Below, in pieces: positions 39,684 through 50,153 of a DNA stretch of 64,000 bases. The translations under genes were made by a program, and so were the position numbers. The notes under the pieces are model-generated. The model saw only the letters and a list, made by a program, of their open reading frames with translations, did not search any database and was not told where the DNA came from. This stretch comes from Pseudomonadota bacterium. Lineage in GTDB: Bacteria; Pseudomonadota; Alphaproteobacteria; Rhizobiales; Aestuariivirgaceae. Where the stretch lies: the NCBI GenBank assembly GCA_020161855.1, contig JAIUNJ010000009.1, positions 47,644-111,643 of the forward strand, read 5' to 3'. Each line of letters starts with the position of its first letter. Within the stretch, counting starts at the first letter, position 1.

Positions 39684-40343
39684 TTACAGCTTGCGCGCCA
39701 GCGTCAGGCCATCACCCAGTGGCAGCATGGCGATTTCGACGCGGGAATCCGCCAGCACCTTTTTGTTCAGCGCCTTCAGGGCAGCCGTGTCGGCGTCATT
39801 CTTTGCCGGGTCCGCCACGTCACCACCCCACAGCACATTGTCGATCATCACGAGCCCGCCCGCCCGCAGCAGCTTGAGCGCACCCTCATAGTAGCGGTCG
39901 TAGTTTTCCTTGTCGGCATCGATGAAGGCCAGGTCGAAGGTTCCGGCCTTCCCGGCCTTCAGCAGCTCGGCAATGCCATTTTCGCCACCGTCGAGCCTGA
40001 GCGTCACACGGTCCGCCACACCGGCTTTGGCCCAGAACGTGCGGGCAATCGCCGTGAACTTCTCGCTCACATCGAGCGTGGTGATCTCGCGGGCGCCTGC
40101 CAGCGCCATGGCGAGTGACGAGTAACCGGTGAAGCACCCGAACTCGACCACGCGCTGCGCGCCCGTGAGTTTCACCATGAGCGCCATGAAAGCCCCCTGC
40201 TCCGGCGCAATCTGCATCACGGCGTCGCCGCCGAGCTTGGCCGTGGCATCGCGCAGTTCTGCCAGGATGGCGGGCTCCCGGCCTGCATGGGCGCGATAGT
40301 AGTCATAGACGGCAGGCGTCAGGTTGAGGGTTGAACTGGCCAT
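39684..40343 (-). CDS. Class I SAM-dependent O-methyltransferase (caffeoyl-CoA OMT-like)
   Basis: MQIAPEQG, VVEFGCFTGYS, FDLAFIDADK, GGLVMIDNVLWGG, LPLGDGLTL; start placed at ATG 40343. Confidence 0.88.
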   Translation of the reverse strand: MASSTLNLTPAVYDYYRAHAGREPAILAELRDATAKLGGDAVMQIAPEQGAFMALMVKLTGAQRVVEFGCFTGYSSLAMALAGAREITTLDVSEKFTAIARTFWAKAGVADRVTLRLDGGENGIAELLKAGKAGTFDLAFIDADKENYDRYYEGALKLLRAGGLVMIDNVLWGGDVADPAKNDADTAALKALNKKVLADSRVEIAMLPLGDGLTLARKL

Positions 40344-40449
40344 GGCGAACTCCGTAACAAAAAAGCTGAAGATGATTGCGGCGAGGCGGAAGATGGATAA
40401 CACGAGGCGACTCCTTTCCTGCCCAAGATAGGAGTTTTGTCTGTTCGTG

Positions 40450-43143
40450 TCAAGGATTATTTTCTAGTTTTGGATTTTCTTGCACATACCTCGTGTAGAG
40501 CCATCCCACCCCGATCAGGCACAGGCCGAGCCCGATGATGCTCGCGATCCGCCACAGGCCGCCGATTTCAAAGAGGTCGAGCGCGAAGACCTTGAGCACC
40601 GCCAGCACCAGCACGGCAAGCCCGCCATAGCGGATCGCCTGCCGGTCGAGCCGGATGCCGGCCACGAAGATCGCGATGGCCGTCACCACCCAGGCCGCCG
40701 AAACCGCATAGGATTCGGCGTCGCTCAGGAAGGCGGCATCGATCGTGAAGTCCTGGAAGAGCCGCTTCACCTGCAGCGTCACGAAAGCCATCAGCAGCAC
40801 CAGCGCGAACACCCCAAGCCCGCTGCGGTACTCGCCAAGGCCAAGCCCGTCGAGCTTGCGCGCCATCAGCGCCAGAAGCGGCACGGGCGCAAGATAGGCG
40901 AGCCACAGCGCGTTGATGTAGCGCCCACCCTCCACGATGTCGCCGGTCACCACCGGATTGCGGACGGTGAGAGCGAGGAAGAACATGGCACAGGAGGCCA
41001 CCAGCAGGATGCGGGCACCCCACTGCGACACGAGCGATGAGAACAGCTGTTGCCGGTAGGCAAGCCCATAGGCCGCCCCCATCCAGGCAAGGCCATGTGC
41101 CGCCAGTTCCAGAAGCCCGACGTTTTCGCGGGTGATGCCACCACCGATCAACACGCGCAGTTCGAGCGACACGAGCGAGATGGCGAGGCCCAGCGCCAGC
41201 CCTTCCAGGCCCACGCGCTGTTTCGTGAAAGCCTCACCCTTGAGCCAGCGCGAAGCCTGCCAGAACAGCACGGCCGGAACGCCATAGCCGTAGAGCACCC
41301 AGTGCGGGCCGAGCGGCACATCCGTAGGTTCGCTCCAGAATTCGCGGCCGAGGAAAAGCCGTGCCGAGGCAAAGGTAGCAAGCGCCGCCGCGATGGCACC
41401 GAGCCACGGCAGGGGCAGCCTTCGCGTTGCAAAGGCGGCAAGGGCTGCCAGCACAGCGAGCGCCAGCGTCATCCACACGCCGTCGAAGAGGCGGTCGACG
41501 GCAAAGACAGCAAGCAAGGCTGTTCCCACCAACAGAAGCTCCGCCGCCCGCGAGGCGCTCTCCTTCACCCGGTCAGCAACGGCAGCAAGCACAACAGCGA
41601 GCACCGCGCCGGTCACGGCCCAGGCCGTATTTGAAAGTGTGAAGTCGGCGCGCGCCCAGGCCCCGAACAGGAACAGCAGCCCTGCCCCGGAAGCCAGCGC
41701 TGCCCAGGGCCGCTTCTCCTGGCGCTGCCAGGTGCCCGCGATACCGACCGCCGTGAAGGCCGCCATCGCCGCCAGCATGGCGTTGCGGAAGCGCGGCGGT
41801 TCGACAAGCCCCGGCACCGTCGTCCAGAAGCCGCGCTCGTCCATGGCCCATTCGTGGAAGCCCACATCCTTCCAGGCCATCAGCACGATGAAGGAACCGG
41901 CCGCAGCCGCAAGGGGGGCTGCCACCATGCCGTCGCGCCACCAGCCGAAGCCCACGATCGCCGCCATGCCGATGGTAAAGGCAACCAGCGTGCGCCCGTC
42001 ATGACCCGACCGATACACAAGTGCCGCAAGGATGACGCCTGCCACCGCGAGCCCGACGACGGCCAGTTGCATTGCAGGCTTCATCTCCGCCGGGTCGGCG
42101 AGCGAGCCCATTTCCGGCAGGAGGATCGCCCGCCCCGCTGGCAGGAACACGGATGCCGCCCCCACGGCCAGTGCAAACAGCGCGATCGGCACGATCTGGT
42201 CAGTGGCAAAGAAGCCGTTGAGCCACAGCGTCGGCCAGATCAGCGAACCGGCCAGCGCCAGGAAGCCGAGCCACCACCAGATCCGCACGCGCAGCAGCGT
42301 GAGCACGGCAACGAGGATCACCAGCAGATAGATGAAGAAGCCCCAGACATTGGGAAACTCGGAGGGCACCAGCGCCGGCGCCACATAGGAGCCGACAAGC
42401 CCGAGCAAGGCAAGGAACGGCCCCTGCCGCAGCGACAGCCACAGGCCGGCGAGGCCCACGAGCACCAGCAGCGGGAAACAGGCCGTGGGGCTCAGAATGT
42501 CGTAAAGCGCATAGGCCGCGTAGATTACGCCGAAGCAGATGGCGAGGCCCGCCGCCGACAAAGCCGCGGGCACATAGCTCTTGGCCACGGCATCGTCGCG
42601 GCGGCGTACCCATTCGCCACCGGCCACAAGCCCGGCGCCGAACAGCAGGCCGATGATCACGCGCAGGATCGGCGGAATGAGGCCGTTGTCGTGGGCGTAT
42701 TTGACGAAGAGCAGACCTCCGAGTGCGATGGCAACGCCGCCAACCCAGACGAGCCAGCGCGAAGCCAGCGCCTGCTCCACATTGCGTACCTCGGCGGCAG
42801 GCGCCGGAGCCACAACACTTTCAGACACTGTTTCTTCCGCAGCCTTGGCCGTAGCTTTTGCCTTTGCTGCAGCACCCCAGTTGTCCGGTGCCGCTTCGGG
42901 CTTCTCTTCGCTCCCGCTCCACGCCTTGGCGGAAGCATTGGCAGTCGCCTCAGCCACAGGTGCTGCCGGAACGGGCTTGTCGGCAACAGGTGCCGGTTGC
43001 ACGCCCGCACCCGCAAGGCGCGCAAGCTCTTCCTTCAGTTTTCTGACGCGCACATTCAGGTCGGAAATCTTGACGAGTGCGATGATGCCGAGAACGGGAC
43101 CGGCGAGAAACAGGACAAGCGCGAGGATCAGCAGGGATTCCAT
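40450..43143 (-). CDS. DUF2339 large polytopic membrane protein
   Basis: EQALASRWLVWVGGVAI, LFVKYA, many TM helices, KVFALDL..GGLWRIAS.IGLGL.L. Confidence 0.85.
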   Translation of the reverse strand: MESLLILALVLFLAGPVLGIIALVKISDLNVRVRKLKEELARLAGAGVQPAPVADKPVPAAPVAEATANASAKAWSGSEEKPEAAPDNWGAAAKAKATAKAAEETVSESVVAPAPAAEVRNVEQALASRWLVWVGGVAIALGGLLFVKYAHDNGLIPPILRVIIGLLFGAGLVAGGEWVRRRDDAVAKSYVPAALSAAGLAICFGVIYAAYALYDILSPTACFPLLVLVGLAGLWLSLRQGPFLALLGLVGSYVAPALVPSEFPNVWGFFIYLLVILVAVLTLLRVRIWWWLGFLALAGSLIWPTLWLNGFFATDQIVPIALFALAVGAASVFLPAGRAILLPEMGSLADPAEMKPAMQLAVVGLAVAGVILAALVYRSGHDGRTLVAFTIGMAAIVGFGWWRDGMVAAPLAAAAGSFIVLMAWKDVGFHEWAMDERGFWTTVPGLVEPPRFRNAMLAAMAAFTAVGIAGTWQRQEKRPWAALASGAGLLFLFGAWARADFTLSNTAWAVTGAVLAVVLAAVADRVKESASRAAELLLVGTALLAVFAVDRLFDGVWMTLALAVLAALAAFATRRLPLPWLGAIAAALATFASARLFLGREFWSEPTDVPLGPHWVLYGYGVPAVLFWQASRWLKGEAFTKQRVGLEGLALGLAISLVSLELRVLIGGGITRENVGLLELAAHGLAWMGAAYGLAYRQQLFSSLVSQWGARILLVASCAMFFLALTVRNPVVTGDIVEGGRYINALWLAYLAPVPLLALMARKLDGLGLGEYRSGLGVFALVLLMAFVTLQVKRLFQDFTIDAAFLSDAESYAVSAAWVVTAIAIFVAGIRLDRQAIRYGGLAVLVLAVLKVFALDLFEIGGLWRIASIIGLGLCLIGVGWLYTRYVQENPKLENNP

Positions 43144-43201
43144 TGCTGCAAACTAGGGCACTTGCATGGCTTTGTCGAAGGGTGGCAAAGGACCCGCCAT
43201 C

Positions 43202-43882
43202 ATGGCCGACCGCGCCTCGCTGAAAACCCATCTGGCCAGCTCCGCCCCGGTTCGCTGGGAGGTTGCCCCGCAACCGGTTGCCTACCCGGACGCCATCGCC
43301 CGCATGGATCACGAGGTGGCCGAGATCGCGGCAGGCCGGGCCAGCGAACTCGTCTGGCTGCTTGAGCACCCGCCCCTCTACACAGCAGGCACCAGCGCCG
43401 ACCCGAAGGACCTCATCGCGCCTGACCGCTTCCCTGTCTTTGCGACAGGCCGCGGCGGCCAATACACCTATCACGGGCCGGGCCAGCGCGTGGCCTATGT
43501 CATGCTCAACCTGCATAGCCGAGGTAACGATGTGCGGGGCTTCGTGGCCGGGCTCGAACAGTGGATCATCGCCACGCTGGCGGCCTTCGGCATCGTCGGC
43601 GAACGCCGCGAGGACCGCGTCGGTGTCTGGGTGCGCCGCCCCGGCCGCGAGGACAAGATCGCAGCCCTCGGCATCCGCGTGCGGCGCGGCATCAGCTTTC
43701 ACGGCATCAGCATCAACCTCAACCCGGTGCTCGAACATTTCGGCGGCATCGTGCCATGCGGCGTCAGCGACCACGGCGTGACGAGTTTCGCCGATCTTGG
43801 CCTGAAAACCACCATGGCAGAGCTCGACGGAGCCCTGCAGCAGACATTCGGGCAGCTATTCCGGATTCGCACGGAACAGTGA
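43202..43882 (+). CDS. lipB: Octanoyltransferase LipB
   Basis: [50 protein letters not shown]; start may be 43166. Confidence 0.95.
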   Translation: MADRASLKTHLASSAPVRWEVAPQPVAYPDAIARMDHEVAEIAAGRASELVWLLEHPPLYTAGTSADPKDLIAPDRFPVFATGRGGQYTYHGPGQRVAYVMLNLHSRGNDVRGFVAGLEQWIIATLAAFGIVGERREDRVGVWVRRPGREDKIAALGIRVRRGISFHGISINLNPVLEHFGGIVPCGVSDHGVTSFADLGLKTTMAELDGALQQTFGQLFRIRTEQ

Positions 43883-43937
43883 CTTGATCCGTCACAGTTA
43901 GCCGCCAGGCCTCCGCCCTCATCGAGGAGGATGAAAC

Positions 43938-44540
43938 ATGAAACTCTACTTCACACCGAACACCTGCGCCCTGGCCCCGCTCATCGCGCTCAAGGAACTG
44001 GACGTGACGGCCGATCTTGAGAAGGTGGACCTTGGCGCCAAGAAGCTCTCGACGGGAGCTGACTATCGTGGTGTCAACACCAAGGGCTATGTGCCCGCCC
44101 TCGACACCGGCAAGGACGGCGTCCTCACCGAAGTCTCGACGATCCTGCAGTATCTTGCCGACAACAATCCGGCCAAGAACCTGCTGCCCAAGTTCGGTGA
44201 CATGAAGCGCTATCGCGCCATGGAGATGCTGAACTTCGTCGCCTCCGAATTGCACAAGACCATCGGCAGCCTCTTCAACAAGGCCTTCAACGACGACGCC
44301 CGCAAGGCGGTCTTCGATCGCCTCGACAACCGCATCGGCTGGCTCGATGCCCAGCTTGCCAAGAAGCCCTATCTTCTGGGCGAAGACTATTCGCTCGCCG
44401 ATGCCTATGCCTTCACGGTTCTCGGCTGGTGCAAGGTCGTAGGCTACGATCTCGGCAAGTTCGCCAATGTCACCGCCTATCTTGAGCGCGTCGGTGCGCG
44501 CCCGGCGGTGCAGGCAGCACTGGCAGCCCAAAGCGCCTGA
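43938..44540 (+). CDS. Glutathione S-transferase (beta class-like)
   Basis: MKLYFTPNTCALAP, NTKGYVPAL, SELHK, YSLADAYAF. Confidence 0.9.
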   Translation: MKLYFTPNTCALAPLIALKELDVTADLEKVDLGAKKLSTGADYRGVNTKGYVPALDTGKDGVLTEVSTILQYLADNNPAKNLLPKFGDMKRYRAMEMLNFVASELHKTIGSLFNKAFNDDARKAVFDRLDNRIGWLDAQLAKKPYLLGEDYSLADAYAFTVLGWCKVVGYDLGKFANVTAYLERVGARPAVQAALAAQSA

Positions 44541-44547
44541 TTTTCCC

Positions 44548-44577
44548 GAGGCCGGGAGCGCATCCCGGCCTCATTTC
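44548..44577 (+). terminator. Hairpin/terminator after GST
   Basis: GAGGCCGGGA-GCGCA-TCCCGGCCTC followed by ATTT. Confidence 0.55.
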
Positions 44578-44669
44578 CCTTGCTGTTAAGGACACCGGGC
44601 GGTTTCCCACATTTTTGCCGCGCATCGCCCTTGCGGCCCCGCCAGACTCCCCCTAAAGCCGCGCCCTTG

Positions 44670-45629
44670 ATGACCTCGACGCCTGCACGGCCTCCCCTCT
44701 TCAAGGCCCAGCACCTGCTGGCCATCAATGATTTTTCCCCCATCGAGATTCAGGAACTGCTCGACCTGTCGCAGTTCTATGCCGAGCACGGCAAGAGCCT
44801 GCCCGCCAACCGCCGCTTTCTCGGAGGCCAGACCCAGGTCAATCTCTTCTTCGAGAACTCGACGCGCACGCAGAGCTCGTTCGAGATCGCAGGCAAGCGC
44901 CTCGGCGCCGATGTGATGAACATGGCGGTCTCCACCTCGTCGCTCTCCAAGGGCGAGACCGTTCTCGACACTGCCGTCACGATCAATGCCATGCACCCGG
45001 ATTTTCTGGTGGTGCGCCACCAGTCGTCCGGCGCGGTGGAACTGCTCGCCCAGAAAGTAAGCTGCGCCGTCATCAATGCCGGCGACGGCCAGCATGAACA
45101 TCCGACACAGGCCCTGCTCGACGCGCTCACCATCCGCCGCCACTACGGCAAGCTGGAGGGCCTCACCGTCGCCATCTGCGGCGACATCCTGCATTCGCGC
45201 GTGGCGCGTTCCAACATTCACCTGCTGACCAAGATGGGAGCCCGCGTCCGCTGTGTGGCCCCGTCCACTCTGCTGCCCTCTGGCATCGGCAACTTCGGCG
45301 TCGAGGTCTTCCGCCGTATGGAAGATGGTCTCAAGGGCGCTGACGTGGTGATGATGCTCCGCCTGCAGGTGGAGCGGATGTCAGGTGCCTTCGTGCCCTC
45401 GCTTCGCGAATATTACCAGTTCTATGGCCTCAGCGAAGCGCGCCTGCGAATTGCCAATGACAAGGCGCTTGTCATGCATCCCGGCCCGATGAATCGCGGC
45501 GTCGAGATCGACTCCAGCGTGGCCGATGGCATGCAATCGGTGATCCGTGAGCAGGTGGAGATGGGCGTTGCCGTGCGCATGGCGGTGCTCGACGGCCTTG
45601 ATCGCGTGCGTCAGGGAGATGCGGCATGA
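44670..45629 (+). CDS. pyrB: Aspartate carbamoyltransferase catalytic subunit
   Basis: [47 protein letters not shown]. Confidence 0.96.
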   Translation: MTSTPARPPLFKAQHLLAINDFSPIEIQELLDLSQFYAEHGKSLPANRRFLGGQTQVNLFFENSTRTQSSFEIAGKRLGADVMNMAVSTSSLSKGETVLDTAVTINAMHPDFLVVRHQSSGAVELLAQKVSCAVINAGDGQHEHPTQALLDALTIRRHYGKLEGLTVAICGDILHSRVARSNIHLLTKMGARVRCVAPSTLLPSGIGNFGVEVFRRMEDGLKGADVVMMLRLQVERMSGAFVPSLREYYQFYGLSEARLRIANDKALVMHPGPMNRGVEIDSSVADGMQSVIREQVEMGVAVRMAVLDGLDRVRQGDAA

Positions 45630-46939
45630 TCGGCGATCCGGCCCGCTCCCGCAGCCGCAAGGCCTATCTCAACGCCCATGTGCTTTCACCAGCACAGGGG
45701 CTGAACGGCAAAGGCGGCGTCCTCATCGAAGACGGCTGGATTCTGGCCGCAGGCACTGGCGTCACAAAGGAAAGCGCCGGCGCATCGGCACAGGTCATCG
45801 ACTGCAAGGGGCGCATCATCGCCCCTGGCCTCGTCGACATGCGCGTCTTCACCGGCGAACCCGGCTCTGAGTACCGGGAGACGCTGGCCAGTGCCTCGCA
45901 GGCGGCAGCGGCGGGTGGTGTCACCACCATGATCATCATGCCGAACACACAGCCGGTGATCGATGATGCTGCGATCGTTGACTATGTGCTGCGGCGCGCC
46001 CGCGACACCGCCACTGTGCGGGTCTTCCCCATGGCTGCCATCACCAAGGGCCTTTCCGGCGAGTTGCTCGCCGAGATCGGCCTGCTCAAGCAGGCGGGTG
46101 CCGTTGCCGTCACCGACGGGGTGAAGTCCGTTGCCAATGCCAATCTGTTCCGGCGGGCCCTCACCTACGCCCGCGACTTCGATCTGCCCGTCGTGGCCCA
46201 CGCTGAAGAACCGAGCCTCGCGGGCGGTGTAATGAATGCCGGCGAGACCGCCTCGCGCCTCGGCCTCTCCGGCAATCCGGCCATGGCCGAGGTCATCATG
46301 ATCGAGCGCGATCTTCGCCTCGTCGAGATGACCGGCGCGCGCTACCACGTCAGCCAGATTTCCTCCGCCCTCTCCGCCACCGTCATCAAGGCGGCCAAGG
46401 CGCGCGGCCTTCCTGTCACCTGCGGCGTGTCCATCAATCATCTCGTGCTCAACGAAAACGACATCGGCGCCTACCGCACCTTCTTCAAGCTCTCGCCGCC
46501 GCTGCGCACCGAAACGGACCGCCGGGCGCTTGTCGAGGCTCTCGCCGATGGCACAATCGATGCCATCGTCTCATCCCACGATCCGCAGAGCGACGACACC
46601 AAGCGCCTACCCTTCGCCGAGGCGGCCTTTGGCGCCGTTGGCCTCGAGACCATGCTTTCGGCGGCGCTCTCGCTGCACCACAATGATGGTGTGCCGCTGG
46701 CCCGCCTGGTCGAAGCCATGAGCCAGACACCCGCCCGCATCCTCGGCCTCGAAACCGGACGGCTGGCTGCCGGTGCCCCGGCCGATTTCGTCGTGATTGA
46801 TCCAACCTTGAGCTGGAAGGTCGAAGACCAGTCGCTGCGCTCCCAGTCGAAGAACTCGCCTTTCGAGTACCGCACGCTGGAAGGCCGCGCCGTTGAAACC
46901 GTCGTTGCCGGGCGCACCGTTTATGCCTACTCTGCCTGA
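45626..46939 (+). CDS. pyrC: Dihydroorotase-like protein (PyrC/PyrC')
   Basis: [27 protein letters not shown] and SSHDP substitutions as in alphaproteobacterial PyrC; follows pyrB. Confidence 0.88.
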   Translation: MIGDPARSRSRKAYLNAHVLSPAQGLNGKGGVLIEDGWILAAGTGVTKESAGASAQVIDCKGRIIAPGLVDMRVFTGEPGSEYRETLASASQAAAAGGVTTMIIMPNTQPVIDDAAIVDYVLRRARDTATVRVFPMAAITKGLSGELLAEIGLLKQAGAVAVTDGVKSVANANLFRRALTYARDFDLPVVAHAEEPSLAGGVMNAGETASRLGLSGNPAMAEVIMIERDLRLVEMTGARYHVSQISSALSATVIKAAKARGLPVTCGVSINHLVLNENDIGAYRTFFKLSPPLRTETDRRALVEALADGTIDAIVSSHDPQSDDTKRLPFAEAAFGAVGLETMLSAALSLHHNDGVPLARLVEAMSQTPARILGLETGRLAAGAPADFVVIDPTLSWKVEDQSLRSQSKNSPFEYRTLEGRAVETVVAGRTVYAYSA

Positions 46940-46951
46940 CAGGGGAGAGCG

Positions 46952-47560
46952 ATGTCGGAACTGATCTTTGCCATTGCCGGGTATCTGCTGGGGAGCATTC
47001 CCTTCGGCCTTCTGCTGACGCGCGCGGCGGGCCTCGGCGACGTGCGCAACATCGGCTCCGGCAACATCGGGGCAACCAATGTGCTACGCACCGGCAACAA
47101 GAAGATTGCCGCACTCACCCTCCTCTGCGACGGCCTGAAGGGCTTCTTTCCGGTCCTTGCGGCAAAATACTGGGGCGGCGGCTACGCTGAACTGGCTGCA
47201 GGCTTCGGCGCCCTCGCCGGTCACATCTTTCCGGTGTGGCTTGGCTTCAAGGGCGGCAAGGGCGTGGCCACCGGATTGGGCGCCCTTTTTGGCTGGTCAT
47301 GGATTCTGGGTTTGGTCTTCATCGCCAGCTGGATCGGCACGTTCCTCGCCCTGCGCATCTCCTCCGCCTCGGCCCTCACCGCCGTGTTGATTGTGACCAT
47401 CATCGCCGCCACCGGAGTCGCTGACAGCGCAGACGGCATCTTCAGGCTGGTCTGGCCTGCCGCCCTTCTGGCGGTCGTGATCTGGATCATGCACCGCGCC
47501 AACATCGCGCGGCTTCTCAAGGGCCAGGAGCCCAAGTCGTCCTTCTCCAAAAAGCCATGA
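46952..47560 (+). CDS. plsY: Glycerol-3-phosphate acyltransferase PlsY
   Basis: [47 protein letters not shown]. Confidence 0.95.
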   Translation: MSELIFAIAGYLLGSIPFGLLLTRAAGLGDVRNIGSGNIGATNVLRTGNKKIAALTLLCDGLKGFFPVLAAKYWGGGYAELAAGFGALAGHIFPVWLGFKGGKGVATGLGALFGWSWILGLVFIASWIGTFLALRISSASALTAVLIVTIIAATGVADSADGIFRLVWPAALLAVVIWIMHRANIARLLKGQEPKSSFSKKP

Positions 47561-48663
47561 GCGCCACGCGCCAGCTCGACGACACCGAGCGGGTGAGCTG
47601 GCTGCAACTGAGCCGCACGGAGCGGATAGGCCCTGTTACGTTCAACGGCCTGCTGCAGCGCTACGGCACAGCCTCCAGGGCGATCGAAGCCCTGCCCGGA
47701 CTCAACAAGGCTGGTGGCGGCCGCGGTGTCAGTCTGTTTCCCCGCAAGGCTGCCGAAGAGGAAATCCTCAAGGCCGAGCGGCTGGGCGCGCGTTTCGTTG
47801 CCATCGGGGAAAATGGCTATCCGGCCTACCTTCAACATATTCAGGCGGCACCGCCGCTCGTGTGCATTCTCGGCCGCCGCGAACTTGCGGCAGTCGATGC
47901 CGTTGCCATCGTCGGTGCCCGCAATGCTTCGGCCAACGGCGCGCGCTTTGCCCGTATGGTGGCCCGCGCACTTGCGGAAGCGGGGCTTGCCGTCGTCTCC
48001 GGCCTCGCACGCGGTATCGACACCGCAGCTCATGAAGGCTCGCTCGCGCATGCCACGCTGGCCGTCATGGCAGGCGGCATCGACTACATCTATCCGCCCG
48101 AGAACGAACGCCTCTATCATCAGATCGCAGAGAAAGGCCTCGTGGTGAGCGAGATGCCGCCGGGCTTCGTTCCCAAGGCAGAGCATTTCCCGCGGCGCAA
48201 CCGCATCATCTCCGGCATGGCCCGCGCCATCGTGGTGGTCGAGGCGGCAATGCGTTCGGGCTCGCTCATCACCGCGCGCTATGCCGCCGACCAGGGGCGC
48301 GATGTCTTCGCCGTGCCGGGCTCACCGCTCGACCCACGCTGCGAAGGTTCAAACAGGCTGATCCGTGACGGCGCGCTGATCCTCACATCGGTCGATGATG
48401 TTCTGGAAGCGCTGCGCGCCACAGCCCGCCCGCAGCGCGATGCCTTTCTTGACGCCGCACCTGCAAGCGCAGCCGTGAACGATATCGGCGGCAGTGAACG
48501 GCAGAAGGTCATGGGCCTGCTGTCGCACAGTGAAACCGAGCTCGACGAGATCATCCGGGCCAGCGGCCTTGCCCCGGAACAGGTGGCCGCCGTGCTTCTT
48601 GAGCTGGAGATCGCCGGGCGCGTGTCGCGCACGCCCGGCGGCCGGATTTCCTTGCTGGGCTAA
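47557..48663 (+). CDS. dprA: DNA-processing protein DprA
   Basis: [53 protein letters not shown]. Confidence 0.95.
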   Translation: MSATRQLDDTERVSWLQLSRTERIGPVTFNGLLQRYGTASRAIEALPGLNKAGGGRGVSLFPRKAAEEEILKAERLGARFVAIGENGYPAYLQHIQAAPPLVCILGRRELAAVDAVAIVGARNASANGARFARMVARALAEAGLAVVSGLARGIDTAAHEGSLAHATLAVMAGGIDYIYPPENERLYHQIAEKGLVVSEMPPGFVPKAEHFPRRNRIISGMARAIVVVEAAMRSGSLITARYAADQGRDVFAVPGSPLDPRCEGSNRLIRDGALILTSVDDVLEALRATARPQRDAFLDAAPASAAVNDIGGSERQKVMGLLSHSETELDEIIRASGLAPEQVAAVLLELEIAGRVSRTPGGRISLLG

Positions 48664-48675
48664 GGCGAGCCGCCG

Positions 48676-49329
48676 TCAGTCAACGGCGAAACAGTAGAAC
48701 AGTCCTGAACCGCCGGTCTTCACCAGAGCGTCCTGGCTGCAGCCGGCAGAACCGTGCGAGGAGTTCCAGGCCGTCATGTGCCGCGTATCCTTCAGGCCGA
48801 TACGGTCGCTGTGACCGACGATGGCGGAGCCTTCGGCATTGCTCGTCCAGTTCTTGCAGGTCGTGTCACCGCCAGCGGTCGAATACATGCCATTCGGATC
48901 GGAACCCGTCAGGATGTCATGGGTGTTCGGTGTGTCGCCGCGCCCCTTCACCACCTCGCTCTTTTCAGTGAGGGCGGTTTCCTTGGTGAGATTGTTCTTG
49001 TCGGAGTGAAGCTCATCGACGGAATTTGCGATGACGACTCCCTTGGCGTTTTTCCACGGACCAGCGCCGATACGATCGCGCGCATTGACACCCGCATCAC
49101 CGCCCGGCGCCGTGGTGCTCAGATAGGCATGCCATGTGGCCTTTGTTGACCCGGCCGCCTTGGCCAGTTCGCCGCAATAGGCATCGGCCCCTTCCAGGCC
49201 GCCAAGATTTGCGCCGTCACCCTTGCCGGCACTTGTGACGAAGAACGACATCTCCGCATCCGCCGCCATCGCAGGCGACAGCGTAAGCAACGCTGCACCG
49301 GCCGCTGCCAGGATAAAATGTTTGCGCAT
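48676..49329 (-). CDS. Secreted Cys-rich lectin/endostatin-like fold protein
   Basis: Signal peptide; FFVTS.G.G.GANLGGLEGADAYC, W.AYLST, HDILTGS, CKNWTS, WNSSH...GCS, FYCFA. Confidence 0.7.
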   Translation of the reverse strand: MRKHFILAAAGAALLTLSPAMAADAEMSFFVTSAGKGDGANLGGLEGADAYCGELAKAAGSTKATWHAYLSTTAPGGDAGVNARDRIGAGPWKNAKGVVIANSVDELHSDKNNLTKETALTEKSEVVKGRGDTPNTHDILTGSDPNGMYSTAGGDTTCKNWTSNAEGSAIVGHSDRIGLKDTRHMTAWNSSHGSAGCSQDALVKTGGSGLFYCFAVD

Positions 49330-49461
49330 GATTGGATCCTCCCTTGGATATGCCGTCAACGGAGAGTTACACGCGACATCGCCCACGCCATCCAATCACG
49401 ACTGCGCGAGCACCATGTGCCTTACCAAAGTTTCATCTTGGGCACGGCGGCCGGAATCCGC

Positions 49462-50124
49462 TCAGTCCGCCTCGTCTTCCGGCACGATCCACGGTTCTTT
49501 CAGGCCATCAGCCTTCCAGGCCTTGAAGGCTTCCGTTCCCAGAACGGCATCCATATAGGCCTTGGTCTCCTTGCCCACGGGTATGGCGTAGGTCTCAAGC
49601 CGCGTGACAACCGGCGCATACATGGCATCGGCGGCGGAGAACGCGCCGAACAGGAACGGCCCGCCGCGCCCATGGGCTTTGCGGCAATCGGACCAGAGCT
49701 GCTCCAGCCGGGCCACGTCCTTCAATGCGGCTTGCGGTGTGCCCCCCTTCAACGGCCTGTGCGGGCGGCGCAGGTTCATCGGACAGGCATCGCGCAGGCC
49801 GCGAAAGCCGGAATGGATCTCGGCGGCAGCCGATCTTGCGAGAGCCCGGGCCTTTGCGCTCTTTGGCCAGATCCCCTTCGAGGGCCATGTCTCGGCCGCG
49901 TACTCGATGATGGCGAGGCTGTCCCAGATCGCCTGCCCTTTATGCAAGAGCACCGGAACCAGGCCTGCGCTGGAGATCTTGCGGATTTCCCGGCCGAAGC
50001 GCGGCTCGCCGAAACGGATCATTTTGAGTTCGAAGGGCACGCCCGCCATGGCAAGCGCCATGTAGGGCCTGAGCGACCACGACGAATAGTTCTTGTTGCC
50101 GACCACAAGCACAGGTTTTGCCAT
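49462..50124 (-). CDS. Glutathione S-transferase family protein
   Basis: VGNKNYSSWSLRP, VPVL, WDSLAI.EY, FSAADAMYAPV. Confidence 0.88.
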   Translation of the reverse strand: MAKPVLVVGNKNYSSWSLRPYMALAMAGVPFELKMIRFGEPRFGREIRKISSAGLVPVLLHKGQAIWDSLAIIEYAAETWPSKGIWPKSAKARALARSAAAEIHSGFRGLRDACPMNLRRPHRPLKGGTPQAALKDVARLEQLWSDCRKAHGRGGPFLFGAFSAADAMYAPVVTRLETYAIPVGKETKAYMDAVLGTEAFKAWKADGLKEPWIVPEDEAD

Positions 50125-50153
50125 GTTGGAATCTCCCCTTCTCGATCCTGAAT

